DNA from: Catajapyx aquilonaris
Taxonomy: Eukaryota
NCBI GenBank assembly: GCA_000934665.2
Contig: JYFJ02001307.1
Span: forward strand, 1 to 64,000
Direction of reading: 5' to 3'
Length of the DNA: 64,000 nt
The number at the start of each line of letters is the position of its first letter. Position 1 is the first letter of the stretch. Below, piece after piece: positions 13,903-28,180 of the stretch. The notes below the pieces were generated by a model. It did not search any database. It saw only the letters and a program-made list of their open reading frames with translations, and was not told the DNA's origin. A program made the translations under genes and the position numbers.

Positions 13903-16900
13903 TTATTTATACAGATGGTTCCGCTTAGGTGATCACAGCCACTGCTGAAAAAGAAAACTTCTGACATTTTGGAACCTGTTTCTACCTGGATAGCACAAAT
14001 TTGAATTAAAAAATTATTGGCCTAATTATTGCATAAAGCTGTTCTCGCATTCGCCAATAGCTGGGGGGATTACGCGAGTAAATACACCCGTATTGACGCA
14101 ACACATGCTGAAGGGAATTTCCCAAGCCTCCAGAGGAGTTTGCGGCATGTGCGATGGGAATGTAGTAGTAGGCACTGGAAATTCTGAATTCAGTGGAGTC
14201 AGCCATTCAAATTTCCTGGCCCTTGCTTTATCTGGCAGCCTGAGGAAGTACCCACCTTCCTTCCTGCCAAAGTCCCTTTTGTTCCCTTCGCAAAAGCCAA
14301 AGACCCTCCCAACTCCAAAAGCTCTGTAAAGCCCCAAATTTACGCCCGACCCTACCACTAATAAATTACTACACGCATTCTCACAACTAATTATGGGACT
14401 TAGGCGTAAACATCCGTTGGGATTTGTGCCTTATTAAATCTTGGAAGTGCTCAACAATTTTTTTTATTATTACCCTCAAACTGTTCTGGAAAAGTGCAAA
14501 TATTTTCTGGAATCCTTAGGGAAGGTGTAAAACTTTAGTTGGCTCTTGGGAATATGGGGGGGGGGGGGGTTGTTCTGGCAAATACTCGGTGGTGCAGGTG
14601 TTGGCCTCAGGCGCCACCTCAATTATGTAAATTGCAGGTCTCACTCTGATCCGCGGCTCTTGTTTTATGAATGTGAGTCGTGAGGTGAAAGGACCTCTTT
14701 CGAATTTCCTTCAAAGGTAGTCTCCTGCTCGTCTCGCGACACACGTGCTTCCCTTAATAAATTATGTGCCGGAATTATACCCAGAATTAACAAGGTGATA
14801 AGGTGAAGGGCGTCCGATTGTCAATAGGTGGTCGATGTCTACCATAATTGGTCGCTAGATGGCGGGACGAATCTGGCGCCATCTCTTGTCAACAGCCCGC
14901 ATGAGACGCAGTCGTGAGACTAAAATTTGTCAGAATTCTGCGGAAAAAAAGGTTTAATCACTCTCTGCTGACGTGAAATCCGACCCTATGAGAGCACGCA
15001 TGTAAAACACAAGTACAAAGGCTTAAACTTTTGATGGCCCCAAGCCATTTAAACTCGGCACGAGTTCGCTGAGCCTGATGGAACTGAAACGTCAAGTAGA
15101 AGGATCCAGAGTAGTTGTGGCCAGAGCTTTTAAGCTTAGAGCTTCCATACACCTGCAGACACCCAGGTATATGCATACATGCAAGAGGCTAGGACCGATC
15201 ACATGAATGTGTTTCAGAATCAAACCCACTCGCCTTGAATTCATTTTGCAAAAAACAAAATCTAGGTCAGGGTCTGGATATTTCCATACATACTGCATAT
15301 ATCAGGCTACAGACATCAAGCGCTTGTTTGCAATTTCTCAAACGTGATGGAAACCCAGTCTAGGATATAACAGGCGCAGACTGACAGCGATTTCAGCAGG
15401 AACAGCGCAACAGGTTAATGCAATGGGAGGCCCATCATGGAGGCCACGGGCTAATAGGATCAGGTTCGCATTTGGCCTATTGTTCATAATCCTCTCTCGC
15501 AAAACATGCTAATTAAATTGCCACTTATACCGACCTGGCCTTACAAAAGGTCTAGTGCTCCTCTTTTCAAACTTGGAACCCTGTCTGACGGTCGCCATAT
15601 TAATTAGAATAAAGTGTAGCAAAATTCACCCCCCACAAAATATCACAGAAACATCAACAGCGCCACAGGGTGACCCTGATGGAACAAAATGTTTGTGTTT
15701 CCCAGTTCTTCTTAAATACTGTATGCCATCCTCCACATAGATGGCCCGCGTATGACAAATTGGCGCAGCCTGCAGGATAATTGTGATTAACTTTTCCTCC
15801 GCATGCCATCTATGCCCCTCCACATATGAGGGTAATTTGAGGTGTACTGTAATAATTACAGTACACTATGTTTATACAGCTACACTCGTGTCACTTCATG
15901 CAAATCTCATACACAGTCCTAAACTCGCCAAATTCACTAGCTAGTAGCTAATTCAGCATTAATAATATATTCTACATAAATTTACACACCGTGCGATTTT
16001 ACTGCCTGCAAAAATACCGCTTTAAAGTCACTGACGTCACCAGCATCACATTTGATGCATGATTCGCCTGCTTGTGACTTCCTATACCAAAAGATGGCTT
16101 CCGTCGCAGGCAATAAAACTGTTTCGCATGAAAGGACCTTTATGCATCGCTACAACTTATAATGAATTTCCAACGTTCTCGAAAGTCATGCCCGAGTTGG
16201 TATATCCGCCTAAAGTGAATCGCCTGTTGAGTGGACAGCCTGCGAACCTCCCACGAGAAGATCAAACCCACCTAGGATGGAAACTGCTTCATCAATTCAG
16301 TACCGCACATCCTCTCATCAACTTTCAATGAATTGATACAGGACCTCACACGACGCTATTAAACTTTAGTGCACGGTACAAGAACACACAGAACCTAGCA
16401 AATATTTCTCTAGCAAAACTGCCATCTTGCCACGAGTTCAGCAAGGAAAACACAAGGAGTCTTGAAAGCACACACTTCTAGAGGAAATGAGCGTGATAAG
16501 AGCCAGCGCCTGATGAAGTATGGGCACGGTAGCAGAAGAAAAAAAAATACAGGAACGGAAAAGAAAACAGCGACATCGACCCTCCGAAAGGTGGGGGTTA
16601 ATAGAGAACCCGGTTTCGCCCCCTTACGATGAAAACTAAATTTAGGCCCCATCCTGGCAACATGTTCCCTTCGCCTTTTTTTTTTGAAAAACTGCTCCAC
16701 TTTTGGCCATCACGGGAAGGAAGAGCAAATTGGTAGCAAACGGAGGATATTGGGAGACAGGGCACTTTGTCTGCCACGGGAGCTTTCATTTAAGCTCGCT
16801 AATGGAGCACGGAATTAGGCTACGGCATCCTGCTTCCTGCTTCCTTTCCTTTATTTCATTTCCATGTACAAAGACCACCGGACTTGTCTCCTAAAGTGTA

Positions 16901-19368
16901 TACCCGGGCCTCATGAGCTTGGTCCTGGTCCGCCATCACAGGTTACTGTTCCTGAATTTTTGTTTAATTTGTTAAATATGTTTACTGAGCAAATGAACTA
17001 CAAATCTATAGTTAGACGTGATTAATGCCTAATTCAAACTCAAATTAAATTAATTGCACTTTATAATCCAGATCATATGCATCCTGCCCCCTGCTAGGCG
17101 GCAACCATTCCAGCTTGGTCCCCACCTCTTGGTTGTCGGGCTTTCAAACTCAAGTCCTCGTGTTTGTCAAGGCTCTCTCCAGAAACTTGCAGCTTTAATT
17201 ACATTTACCCATGGCGGCTTTCTCAGAGGTCTAGGGCCTTTACAGAAGCATGTATTTTCTAGGACCATATTGCTCTGCTTTTCAAGCCCACGCTCCTGAA
17301 ATTTCTATCCCTCTCGCCCTTTCCTCGTTCTTTCTACCCCTACCATTTTTGCCGGATTTATCGACAGGTTGGGTTGGAACCGACACATTCTTTAATAGAG
17401 CGTAGGCCGTGAAAAACGCCCCCGTGGGTTGACATTTTCACCCAGTCATAACAACTTCGGCTGTTCCTTTTTCTATTAAAGCTCCTCATACATGGCCGCG
17501 TTTTGTGCAAAAAAAAAAAAAAGTGCTGAAAGTTGGTCACAATGTAACACCAACTGAATATCGCTTTTGTTGCCAAACCTGGTGAATCCTTCGACTCTCT
17601 GTTCTGATCCCACCAAAATTCAAAGTCGAAATCCCCCCTAGGCTTTCCAACTGATTCTTGCATAATTCCATTTGCAAGTCTGGGGATGAAATTTGGCGCT
17701 GAAGGAACCCTCTAAATGGGTTGGCCGAATTAAAAAGTAATTAAGCATGGCAAAATGTTTTAATTCGCTGCTGAAGAACCTATAAGGGCGCAGGGTTGTA
17801 AAAACGACCATCTTATGGTTATATTTTCCATTTGCAGTAGGAAAGTGATGAATCAGAAATATTATCGTAATAAACATGAACGATCTTATAGAATCCCGAT
17901 TGTTTCACTTCAGTAATTATATACATCAGTGTTCGATTCTGGATTAATAGCTCTTTAACTAATTACGCTCCGCATACATGATGGATAACTGGCAGCGAGG
18001 GATAGTAAGCTCCCTATCGTTCAACGAAACAATCAATCAATCACAGGCGACCTTCCTCGATTCCAGCCTATTGGAACCGTGGCACGTCGATTGCCATGAC
18101 ATTTCGCATATCATTGTTTGTCCGCCACAGGCTTTTCAAATGCAGCAGAAATAATCCGGGCCGCATTCACCATCCGCAACAACTAATAATAAGTACCCAG
18201 AGCTGGTATTATTACCTCCTCAATCGGAGGGGAAAAGCCTATAGGGATCCCCAAAAAATTTTGCCATGCATTATTCAACCCATGCTGAAAGCTCCAGGAT
18301 ATTCATGCAAAATACATGTCAAAACGTCCTATTTGAATGCAATTTCTGTTTGATACGTTTCCGTGTTCTTCGCATCGGTTGAGAGCTGTAGGGTGGGGCA
18401 AAATGTTGCGCGCGCGGGTTGTTCTCAAAGTCAGTACCGTTTACGCAATGAAAGAATATGCAAGGGGAAACCGGTACAGATCGATCACCCACAAAGTGCG
18501 GAATTAGTTTGTTGCGCAGGGACATAAACTGGAGGTACTGGTTAAGGACAAGCCAGAAAACGCGTCTTGACTCTCCTGCCATTCCTGGTTATATGTTTGG
18601 GGAGAGCCATTCGCCGGATTCTGAGGAAGAAAATTCGCCCGGATTCTGAGGAAGGAAAGTTGCAACCAACAGGAAATCCCAAAAGAAAATTGGATCCGGA
18701 AAAGCTAATTCCACGCTGGCGTAAGGAAACACAAATACTCTACCTGATTAAAATTCAGCCCCGCGCATTTTGAGCCCCGGGGCAGACTTCTTCGTTCAAA
18801 CCACTTACTTCCACTCATGCCCCGGGTCTCCTGTTTGCCAACAAGTGGTTTTTCCTACACTTATATTTCCGCATAAAAATATTATGGCAGTTTCACAAGG
18901 ACGAGGGGGACCATTACTAGAACCCCCTTTTTGTGCGCTCCAGTGCAAACTGAAAAGCACATTAAACGATTCGATTTCTGAGAACATTTCCTACACTTGC
19001 AATGCTAGGTATGTACTCTCTGGTATGTTATATACAGACTGAGGAAAAGTGATTTACAGGATGTCAGCCACTTTTGGCCATTAAAGCAGCCACTGGCCTG
19101 TTGATCGCAATCTACAGCACACGGAGTCTCTTAATGGCCAAGCAGAAGCTAAAGTATCAGCAATAACGGCTTCTAAAGTAACTAACAAAATGGCGCCCCC
19201 AGAAAGAGTCCATCATTCCAGGCTTAACGGTCGGATCCGTCTGGTCCAACAATTGCAAAAATAATCGACAATCATTGTAACTAGCATTGTGTCTAATACC
19301 ATGAAACAAACGGATTTATGCAGTTACTAAACCTATAAGCAAAGCATGAGCCAAGACTGACTGTACGG

Positions 19369-19523
19369 ATTTGTGACTTTGTGATTTTCATTTGTGACTT
19401 TGTGATTTATCGTGACTCTGTGATTTTTTTCTGTGACTGTGTGATTTTCTTTTGCGACTGTGTGATTTTCTTTTGTGACTTTGTGATTTTCTTTTGTGAC
19501 TGTGATTTTTTGTGATTTGTGAC
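19369..19523. repeat. Minisatellite, ~21-bp unit TTGTGACT(T/G)TGTGATTTTCTT, ~7 copies
   Basis: Directly visible tandem array; it produces the repetitive ORFs in all three minus frames (KENHKVT, SQSHKRK, KITQSQK). Confidence 0.9.
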
Positions 19524-22500
19524 GCCATCCCACAGTGGAGGGGGGGGGGTATTGTGAATGCTCCTATAGAAGCGCATGGGTGTATACATAACAACAATTC
19601 TCTTGTCCAACCGTTTCAGGTCGGAGATAACTTGTCGTGGTTTTACAGCCACTGAATATGGAAATAAAATTACATCTTCAATTCTTTTCGCCCATTCGGC
19701 CAGAGAAAAGATGAAAAGCTGGTCCTTCTGGGTTTGAGACCCAGAAAGAATGGCGAGGGAGGAAAATGTTTCCGCAGAAGAAAAGGACGTCATGGGAATA
19801 TCTATCGGGGAGTGGGGGTATAAGGTGGAGGTATCGACCATTTTGTGGCGGAGGCAGCTGGGAAAGAACTTCATCTACTCGACATATACGTATAATCCGG
19901 TTGAGAAAACGCCACCCACTGGAATTCGTGCTTGCTGCAATCCGCGGTCAAAAATTCCCTCACCAACGCTCCCAATAACGATTTCCACTTTATTTGCTGC
20001 TAAATCTAGCGCTTGTTCAATGTCTCAGAAACGAAACGTTTCCGCACTGATTCCCAGTCCAGGCTCAAAAATGCGTTCCTTCGACCCCGAATTTTTCTTC
20101 GATCACTGTGTCGATGTTCCTAAATATATTTTACCTCTTTAAGAATACCTCAATATCAAACTTGCAATGTGATCTGATGCTATAATCTGAAAATTATGCA
20201 CAATTGCTAATGTCAATTCCATATGCAAATTATTCAAAACTGTGGCACTTTTACGAACCCAACTGAAAAGAAAACATGCATATTTTCCAGCCAAACTCTT
20301 GAATTATGTATTGCCCATTCTTCACTGCCAATTGTGCAGCATTAGATTTCGCGAGTGACGGGTTTTGACTAACATCCAAGCACGTTTCTCTTCAAAAGTT
20401 CGCCACAAAGCATATTACTCCTGGGAAAAATTCTCCCACATTTTCCACGAACCTTGCATCTCTTATGTCAAAAAATGCAGCTGCAACCGGCAGTAAACAC
20501 CATTCTGAATAAGTGCTACACAGCTTATGCATTTCCTTCAACCCTCGCAATACCCACAAGAAAATGTACCATCCTGTATAAATATTGATTCATCAAAGTG
20601 GGCTGCTCCGCTGAAATCTGCACTGTATATCAGAGTGCGATTTTCCTCTACAGTAAAAAACCAAAATGAAAACCACTTTCTTCTAACAGCCACCTTAGCC
20701 CCCTCTAAAAGTCCTCCACCTCTTTACCCAGCACTATAGTAAGTAACTGTTAGTGAGCAAAGTACCTGTTGCACTACCAGGGAAAGCAGACATTGATTTA
20801 CTCAGCAAACTGTGACACGACCTGAACCATCCAAAAAAAGGCTCGCAACATGAAAATCTTTCAACAACCAGACCAAATGAAGTTGTTGTCATTCACCTCG
20901 TCATCATGTTGAAACTGTCCGCAGTGACGTCAGAGACTGTTGAGGCGGCAGTGTTGCATGGTTTCATGAATCGAGTTCCTCTCTTGGTGGTCCACATTGA
21001 TCGCCACGAGGCCAAAGCAGACTCTCATATACCCTGCCTTTCCCCCCACCTCCTACCTTGAAAGTCTGCAGATTACTTTAATCACCTGGTCGTTTCGCTG
21101 AATTTTCACCATGAGAAACACTACACAACAAGAAGCAATCTATATTATTTGAACAAGTGTTATTGGCTATCCCGCACACCCAATGATTGGCAGTGTACCC
21201 AATAAAATTTCAAGTAATTCCCTGGCTGGAACTAGTTGACTCAACAAGTTGTTGATGCCACGAGTAATAATAGAGCATCACATCTGGGCATTAGATGGCC
21301 TATATACAAGCCCAGTAGCCTGGTACAGCTGGTCCGATTACAAAAGTCGGGTCATAATCGATGGGAAATGAAGCGGATACATGTCCGCAGCAAGCATGCA
21401 AGGCTGCTACCACTCTAAATAGAGCACAATGTATATAGTTTGGTAAAATATCTGGGCTAGACTTATAACTAGTGCGCCTTCCACACACCAATTACAGGAT
21501 GACCCCAAAGCCCATGCCCTGATGAGCACGGTCGTAAACTCCCTAATTACCATAATCGAATAGCATGTTGCGGCCGTGTATCATCAACAGGTTGCTACTG
21601 TAATAATTTCAGTGTGTTTTCCCCCTTTAATTATGAATTTGCAATGTTTCTCTGTTCGGCATGCACGTGCATTGTATGTCCATTGGGCATCCCTGTATAA
21701 TCCATCCTCCGATTTCAATTCGCAGAAACTGGCATTTCTTATGCAAATACAGCAAAATGACTCCCTAATTCCGCAAATTTCGCCCGAGACTCCTTTGCAT
21801 TTGCATTCAGGTTCCAGCTCCATACTCGACTCTCCTCCAACAATAATGAAATCTGAAGAGCCCAATAAAGTCTCTCTTTAAAAAAAAAAATACATCTATC
21901 CTCTCTTTACAGTGTCTCCATCCTTGAGATGAGACCAAATCTTGTTTTCCAAGAGGTAGCAGGTGCTCACTAGCACGGGTCGAAATAGGTTTCGTATAGC
22001 ACAGGTATAGCACTATCTAATTACAACACCCCCATACCTTCTTTGTGTCTGTTTTTTTTTGTTGTTTTTTTGTTTGTTTTTTTGTGGGGGGGTATTGTAA
22101 CGTGCCTTACCTGTGCAACTGTAGGTGGCTACCCTGCCATTGATTATTCCAGTAGCTTCCTACACAAATTGGCCAGAGCAGTCCGGACACGTCCCAACCA
22201 ACCAAGTACACTCGTTCTGACACAAAGAGGGAGGAATATCTTAGTGGCGAATTTAAATCTGGATTCGGTCGTCCGCAAATGTTCCGGTGGAGTTTCAGGA
22301 GCTATACGATAATAGCTACCCACTTGACGTGGGTAAAACGGTATAATTATTGAGGTTCAACAAACTTGCTAAAACTTCTTTTTTTTCAATTTTAGGAGCC
22401 ATTCCGGTGGATAACTTCGTTTTGAAGAGGGCAAGGGTTTCGCCATTTTGGATTTTTTCTTCTCCAGTGGCCCTCGTGACATTAGTGGAACCATGGTTTC

Positions 22501-25500
22501 GATTCCAAATTCAAGCTGGCGAGGAAACATTATTTCCCCGAGTGCCTCAAATTGAGTTCCAATCCCATAGCAATATTAAGCAGATTTGGGATTTGGGGCG
22601 GAAGGCATCACGGTTGCCACATTTTGTTCCGATATCCCCATTTTTTTGGAGAAAAAACCCAACAGTGATGCGATGGAGCACAACATGCTGATAGATGGCA
22701 GCACGGTTTGCGATGGGTGCGGCCGTGCTGCCATCTACCGCCAGTCACCACATGACCAGATTTTTTCACTTTTTGCACCATTGCGAATCAGATTATCGCG
22801 ACCGTGCTCGCATAACAGTCAGGTTTTGACATCCAAATGCCATGTCCTCTGTGTACACGCACAAAAGCGTGAAGTCCACAGGAAAATCAACTTCCCGAGG
22901 GACTTTTGTTGTTTATTCCCCCACAGCGTTTTTCCCGGGGCCGACTCATATCGCGGCAAAAAGCATGACGTCAAAAGAAGGGACAAATTGCTGGTGTGAT
23001 TTCGAAAATTATGCATATATAGGGCCCCAGTTGCGCGCGGGATTGCACGCCAATTCTGTGCAGAAATAACCTAGGGACACAATGAGCTCGTATTTCTTCA
23101 AAACATTTGGTTGCAATACAGGAAGAAGTACAATAATATTGCACTTCAACGCAAATATTTTTCTAACGATTAGAAAAATATTTGCGTTGAATTTACTCAT
23201 AGCAAACAAAAAGCTGAGCACTACTTCACTATAGGGGGAAACTATAGCTGTGGACGTCCTCAACAGGACGCTACAAGTGGTTTGGAGAGTCCCTCGAAAA
23301 TGGTGTCCGTTGCTCATGGAGATTGTGTAATCACTCAAGTCTGCCTATTCACCGGCACAACATAAACGAAAATTTAAAGTGTGTCCTGCTTCCATCGTCA
23401 CAACTGCATGCACTACAATAAAAACTCGTGCATATTGGCACAAAATATTTACCCAGATATAGTGATAGATATAGTTAATTTTCGACAATTATTGGATACT
23501 GCGCAAATGCTCTAGCGAAGTTCATCTCACTTTCTGACCTACTTCTATAAATGGTTCGAAATGAAAATGAAATACTGTATGCATACAGATAAAAAAATCA
23601 TGCACAAAAAAAGGTGGAACTCTACGGAGAAAGTGAATATAACGAGGTCAGATATTAATGTGCAGTTGGTAACTCCTTCGTTCCCCTTTAAAAATGAACG
23701 ACTCCGATATTTCCCTGAATATTTCTTTCGTTGGTTGTGTAATGTATTTGTGATACAACGATTATATAAAACAGGTAAAACGTGATGTGTATTCTGTACT
23801 CACATTTTTAAAGTACGGAAAGCGTAGTATAGTCTCGTACGTTCTTCGCGCTCATTCTTTGGATCGAGACTCTTAGAAAACACTGTAGCCTACATAAAAA
23901 TGCAGTATTCAAAGTAATGTACTGTATGTATGGGCCATATAAGTACATATCTTTAATAAGGCCGCACGAAATGGAACATGGGCCTTCATCATCAAATTTA
24001 AATAAATACACTATTAAACATAATTATCCGATCACTTTTTTGCAATATGAAACATTACTCGCTCCAAAAATTTGTGAAAAGAGCCGTTACCCTCTGGCTG
24101 CAGTGTCACAGTTTGTCTTGCACGGCTGAAACTTTTCACAATAGAAAACTGCCAAACAGCATGTTTGCCTATGGCGCTGCTGTTATTCCCGCACGCCTCA
24201 GCAGTATACGGTTCACCAGGCATTCGCAAATAAGGATTACCAATCCACTACCTTTTCCACACAATTATTTATACCTGTCATTAAAAGTGATGAAATCAAT
24301 TATTATTGTAACTGCAGTGCCGTCAATGACGTCAATGTTACACACCTGAAGTTTTCAGATACATAAGATATACATAAGATACTGTATACTTGTAGTATAT
24401 GGAATGATACTGTACATTCAATAATTATTATAACTAGAGTTATATCACGCAGTAATGACCAAAACATACGAGCAATTAATCAATTCTGTTAAATGCAGTG
24501 TACATGACAGTGTTCCGGCCGGATACGTTCAAATACTTATCATAATTATAACTAGACTGTATATCCGCAATTTGTATAGAGTAATAGTAGACATGACTGA
24601 TGCACACCAGTTTAATAGTTATTAGGGTATAAACTACAGTTTGGTCTCATCCCACTTAAGTTCATACGCAGACATAATACATAAAATGTAGGGCAAAAGG
24701 AGAATCCGTATAATAAATCACAAATGCGATTAGAAAACGCCATGTCGATATCAGCATCCCTTAATGGCCTCATGAAAAGCTCCTATCGCCCTGCAACATG
24801 TACAGTGAATCCATCTATAGTATTACACTGCACTAACAACAACACGGTACCGGCGACGTTAACACTAACATGCCCGGGTTATCTTACGGATAATAGGCTA
24901 TAGCTAATGGTTCTCTATATAGGGAGAACGCCATTATTCTTAGAGGATCATGAATAAAGACGGTATAGGTGTTCTTTGATCTACATTGTCTCATCAGATG
25001 CATATCATGTTTTATCTAGGAAAATGTCGAACATCTTCCTAAATAAAACGATACGAACTCTACCTACATGAACCACGTAACTAAAAATTCATCCCCCGAT
25101 GTGACATGTTTTAATCAATATGGCGTTTTAATCTGCAGGTAAAAGTTGTGCAACTGACGTGACAAAATTATCTCCGTGCACTGAAATTACAGCTATTCAA
25201 CCGCAATTGACGCAAACGAGTCATGTCCAAAAAGTTTGTCCTTTGACTTCAGAAGAGACACATGTAATGGAGTGAAATTTCATCAAATGAAAGCTCACCT
25301 GTGAGAACCGACTGCACACTGTAATATGCGTTGTACAGAAGAGGACGGTACAAATCGATTACGAACATAAAAAGGTCTCTCTCTGCTTTATATCACCTAC
25401 CCAGCCAGGCTGACTAAAAGCCGTTTCTGTACTTTACGGTGCAAAATGAATTCAAAATAGCTTAAACTACATGTTTTAATGCACTACCCAACTAATACAA

Positions 25501-27939
25501 CTTGTTCAAATAATGTCAAGGACCACTGGAATGAACGCCACTCATAGAATATAGTTCGCGGTTTTCCAAAACCGGATTTCCATGTCAGAAGATGTATTTC
25601 TTGCATTACAACTGTTTAATTACACGGGTAATATATCTTATGCCAATAGTCTGTGTCCTTACTCAGTGCCCATCAAACTGGGGGGAAAAAAGTATAGCGT
25701 ATTCAAGGTCGTTTACGCTAGTAAATATGGCAATCACAACCGCGTTACTGTCAGAAGATATAATTAATGTACCGGTTGAATAATAAAACGTCAGTGAGCG
25801 AGGCTTAATTCCGAATCGATTAATCATGGGCGGGGGTAAATTTCCAAAGCAAAGCCTGGGAGAGAAGACTCAAGTTTTTGCAAAGCACTTCTCTCTGTCA
25901 TTCATCGGGATGGGAGAAAAAGAGGACGTAATACCGGTTTTAATTCTGGGCATGCATAATGTCAACCTCAAAGATCCGCATCTAAACAATAGTAAAGAAG
26001 ATGTTCAGATCTGATCAAAATTGGGTTATTTTCATATCAGTAATATGTGTATCGATAGTGTCGTTATCAGGTTGTTACCCTTCAACATATGACGACATTA
26101 TGTTCTTCCAGATGTCAGGTGTACGTTCTAACATGATCGTTTCGCACATTTACGAGTATGCCCATTTTTCCAATAGCTAACAGTCAATTAATGCAAATGT
26201 CGTTCACATAATTACCGTAACGAATAATAAGGGCTGTCAGATATTTCCATGGGGGGTATACTAGTAAAAAAATAGTCGATATCCATAGAGCGTGTAGTGC
26301 ATAAATATCGCATTCACTTTTCTCTCTGCGTGCTAACTGGAACTGGCAACGTCAATGGCTAATCTCAACACTGCAACACTAGCATAAATTGCCCTCGAAA
26401 AAATTATCACTTTAATCGACAAAATTAGCTGTTACATGACTCAATTCTCAACACAGCTAACTATACTTCAATTTCAATTTTCCTATCATATTATGTTAAT
26501 ACAGCGCGAATATGCACCCACAATGATACATTGTTATTTCTACAAGGTAGTCTGGAATAAAGAGCACAAAATACCTCGGTATATGTACTAAGCAATAACT
26601 AAGTAAATTGAAACCGTCAGTTGAGACTTATAGCTCGTAATGAAAATAAGGTGAGCGAGTGATATGCATACAAAAAGGATGGGTTGGTATCAACCCCATT
26701 TCAAGTGATGCCTCAATAGAAACGAGGCTGCCGAGGAAGATGAATTATTTATTGGCAAGTAGTTCAAGGCACCTGCAGACACTCAGAGTCTCTTCATATT
26801 TCCACAAGGCGTCAAAAGTAACACTTGTTGTTGCTCACTATTGTAGTTAGCACTACCTTACTTGCAACAAAGATTTACTATATTCTTATCTTCCACATCC
26901 GTTTGGTGCAGTGATGCTACTTAAAAAATATACCTCTTCCAAAAAAATTTAAGTAACACTCACCGGTTGAATATTAAATTTTAAATGCCCCGAGCATTTG
27001 GCGGATTTATTACGAAAGGAGGTAATTTAACATAGTGAGTGTCGGGTCTAAATTTTTAACAGCTATCGTTTGCGTCACCCTTGTAACCATTACCGCAACC
27101 AATACAACTGTATAGACCATACCTATTTGTTGTTGGCACGCTGTGACACCACCAAGTTGTGCAGTGATGGAAGCTCAAAATTTCCATGATACAAAAGCAT
27201 AATATTTACTTGTCGCTAATTGCATTTACCCTAATTTTATTTACATGTTACGTGAATTCAGCTCATTACTATTTGTCACGCTGTTGTCACCCTTTACTAT
27301 ATAACTGCGCAGACTTTTGTGGCATCATTAATACAGTATGGTGTATGAATTCCACGAAAGCATCAAGTGCTGCACAACTCCTCCTGATTGCCATCAATCA
27401 TATCCTCTTGCTGCGGTACTTCACACATAAATCAATAACCTCTAACAAATATCCGGCATAGTTTCGTTAATTTTGCAAGATTCAGTTCCCAAACTCCGCC
27501 CACATGTATATTTTAACAATATTAGCTTGATTGAACAATACCATCAGTATCCTCAATAATTAAGATACCGGTAATTCTCTCTCCGTAAATTACTCCTAAG
27601 ATTACAGTATAGGTAAACTACCTAGACCCCTCAGGGAATGACAAAATCAAGGTAAGAGGTTTTCCCAAAGCGACACCACTCCAATCACCAGTTTAGCATT
27701 CTGTCTGCTGCATTCATGAAGTTCTCTAATCGAGCTGAATCCACCACTCAAGAAATCTAGACTTGCTTTACTTAAACCAGGTGATTGCAAAACTATGCTA
27801 GTTCAGAAGTGTCTATTAAATAATGGTGGCCAAGTTGCAGCAGATGCTTTCTAGGGTGCTGCACGACTCACTGGAGAATGATCGTTAGTGTAAGATGTGT
27901 GCGAAGGTCTGGAAGGGTCGCCCCAGAAAGGAGAATTGC

Positions 27940-28180
27940 TTGGATGGTTCCTTCCATGTCGTTATCTCGACCCTTATGGAGCTAATGACCCGACCCCTTC
28001 CAACTAAGAATTCCTTCTCTGGGGCAATATTGTGACAGGAATTTAGGAAATACCAACTAACGGTGGTCCAGAAACTCCGCAGATAACGCCAAACTTGCTG
28101 GGTAATATTCATAATATGAAGAGAATGTGATGATGGACTGGGACCAATTGCTTGTTGAAAAATTATGAACACATTCACTT
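27940..28180 (+). pseudogene. Possible highly degraded Tc1/mariner transposase C-terminal remnant
   Basis: One plus frame reads DPTPSN*EFLLWGNI...QITPNLLGNIHNM...CLLKNYEHI, loosely like the DLTPxDFFLWG...ITPEML...C...G.H.E region. Multiple stops; weak resemblance. Confidence 0.25.

Noticed and set aside
13845..19523. Tandem arrays at 13845 and 19369 as CRISPR-like repeats
   Set aside because: Units are contiguous with no unique spacers, there are no cas genes, and the context is eukaryotic.
11902..26057. DRE motifs TATCGATA at 11902 and 26050
   Set aside because: Isolated and not near any identified gene start; compatible with chance.
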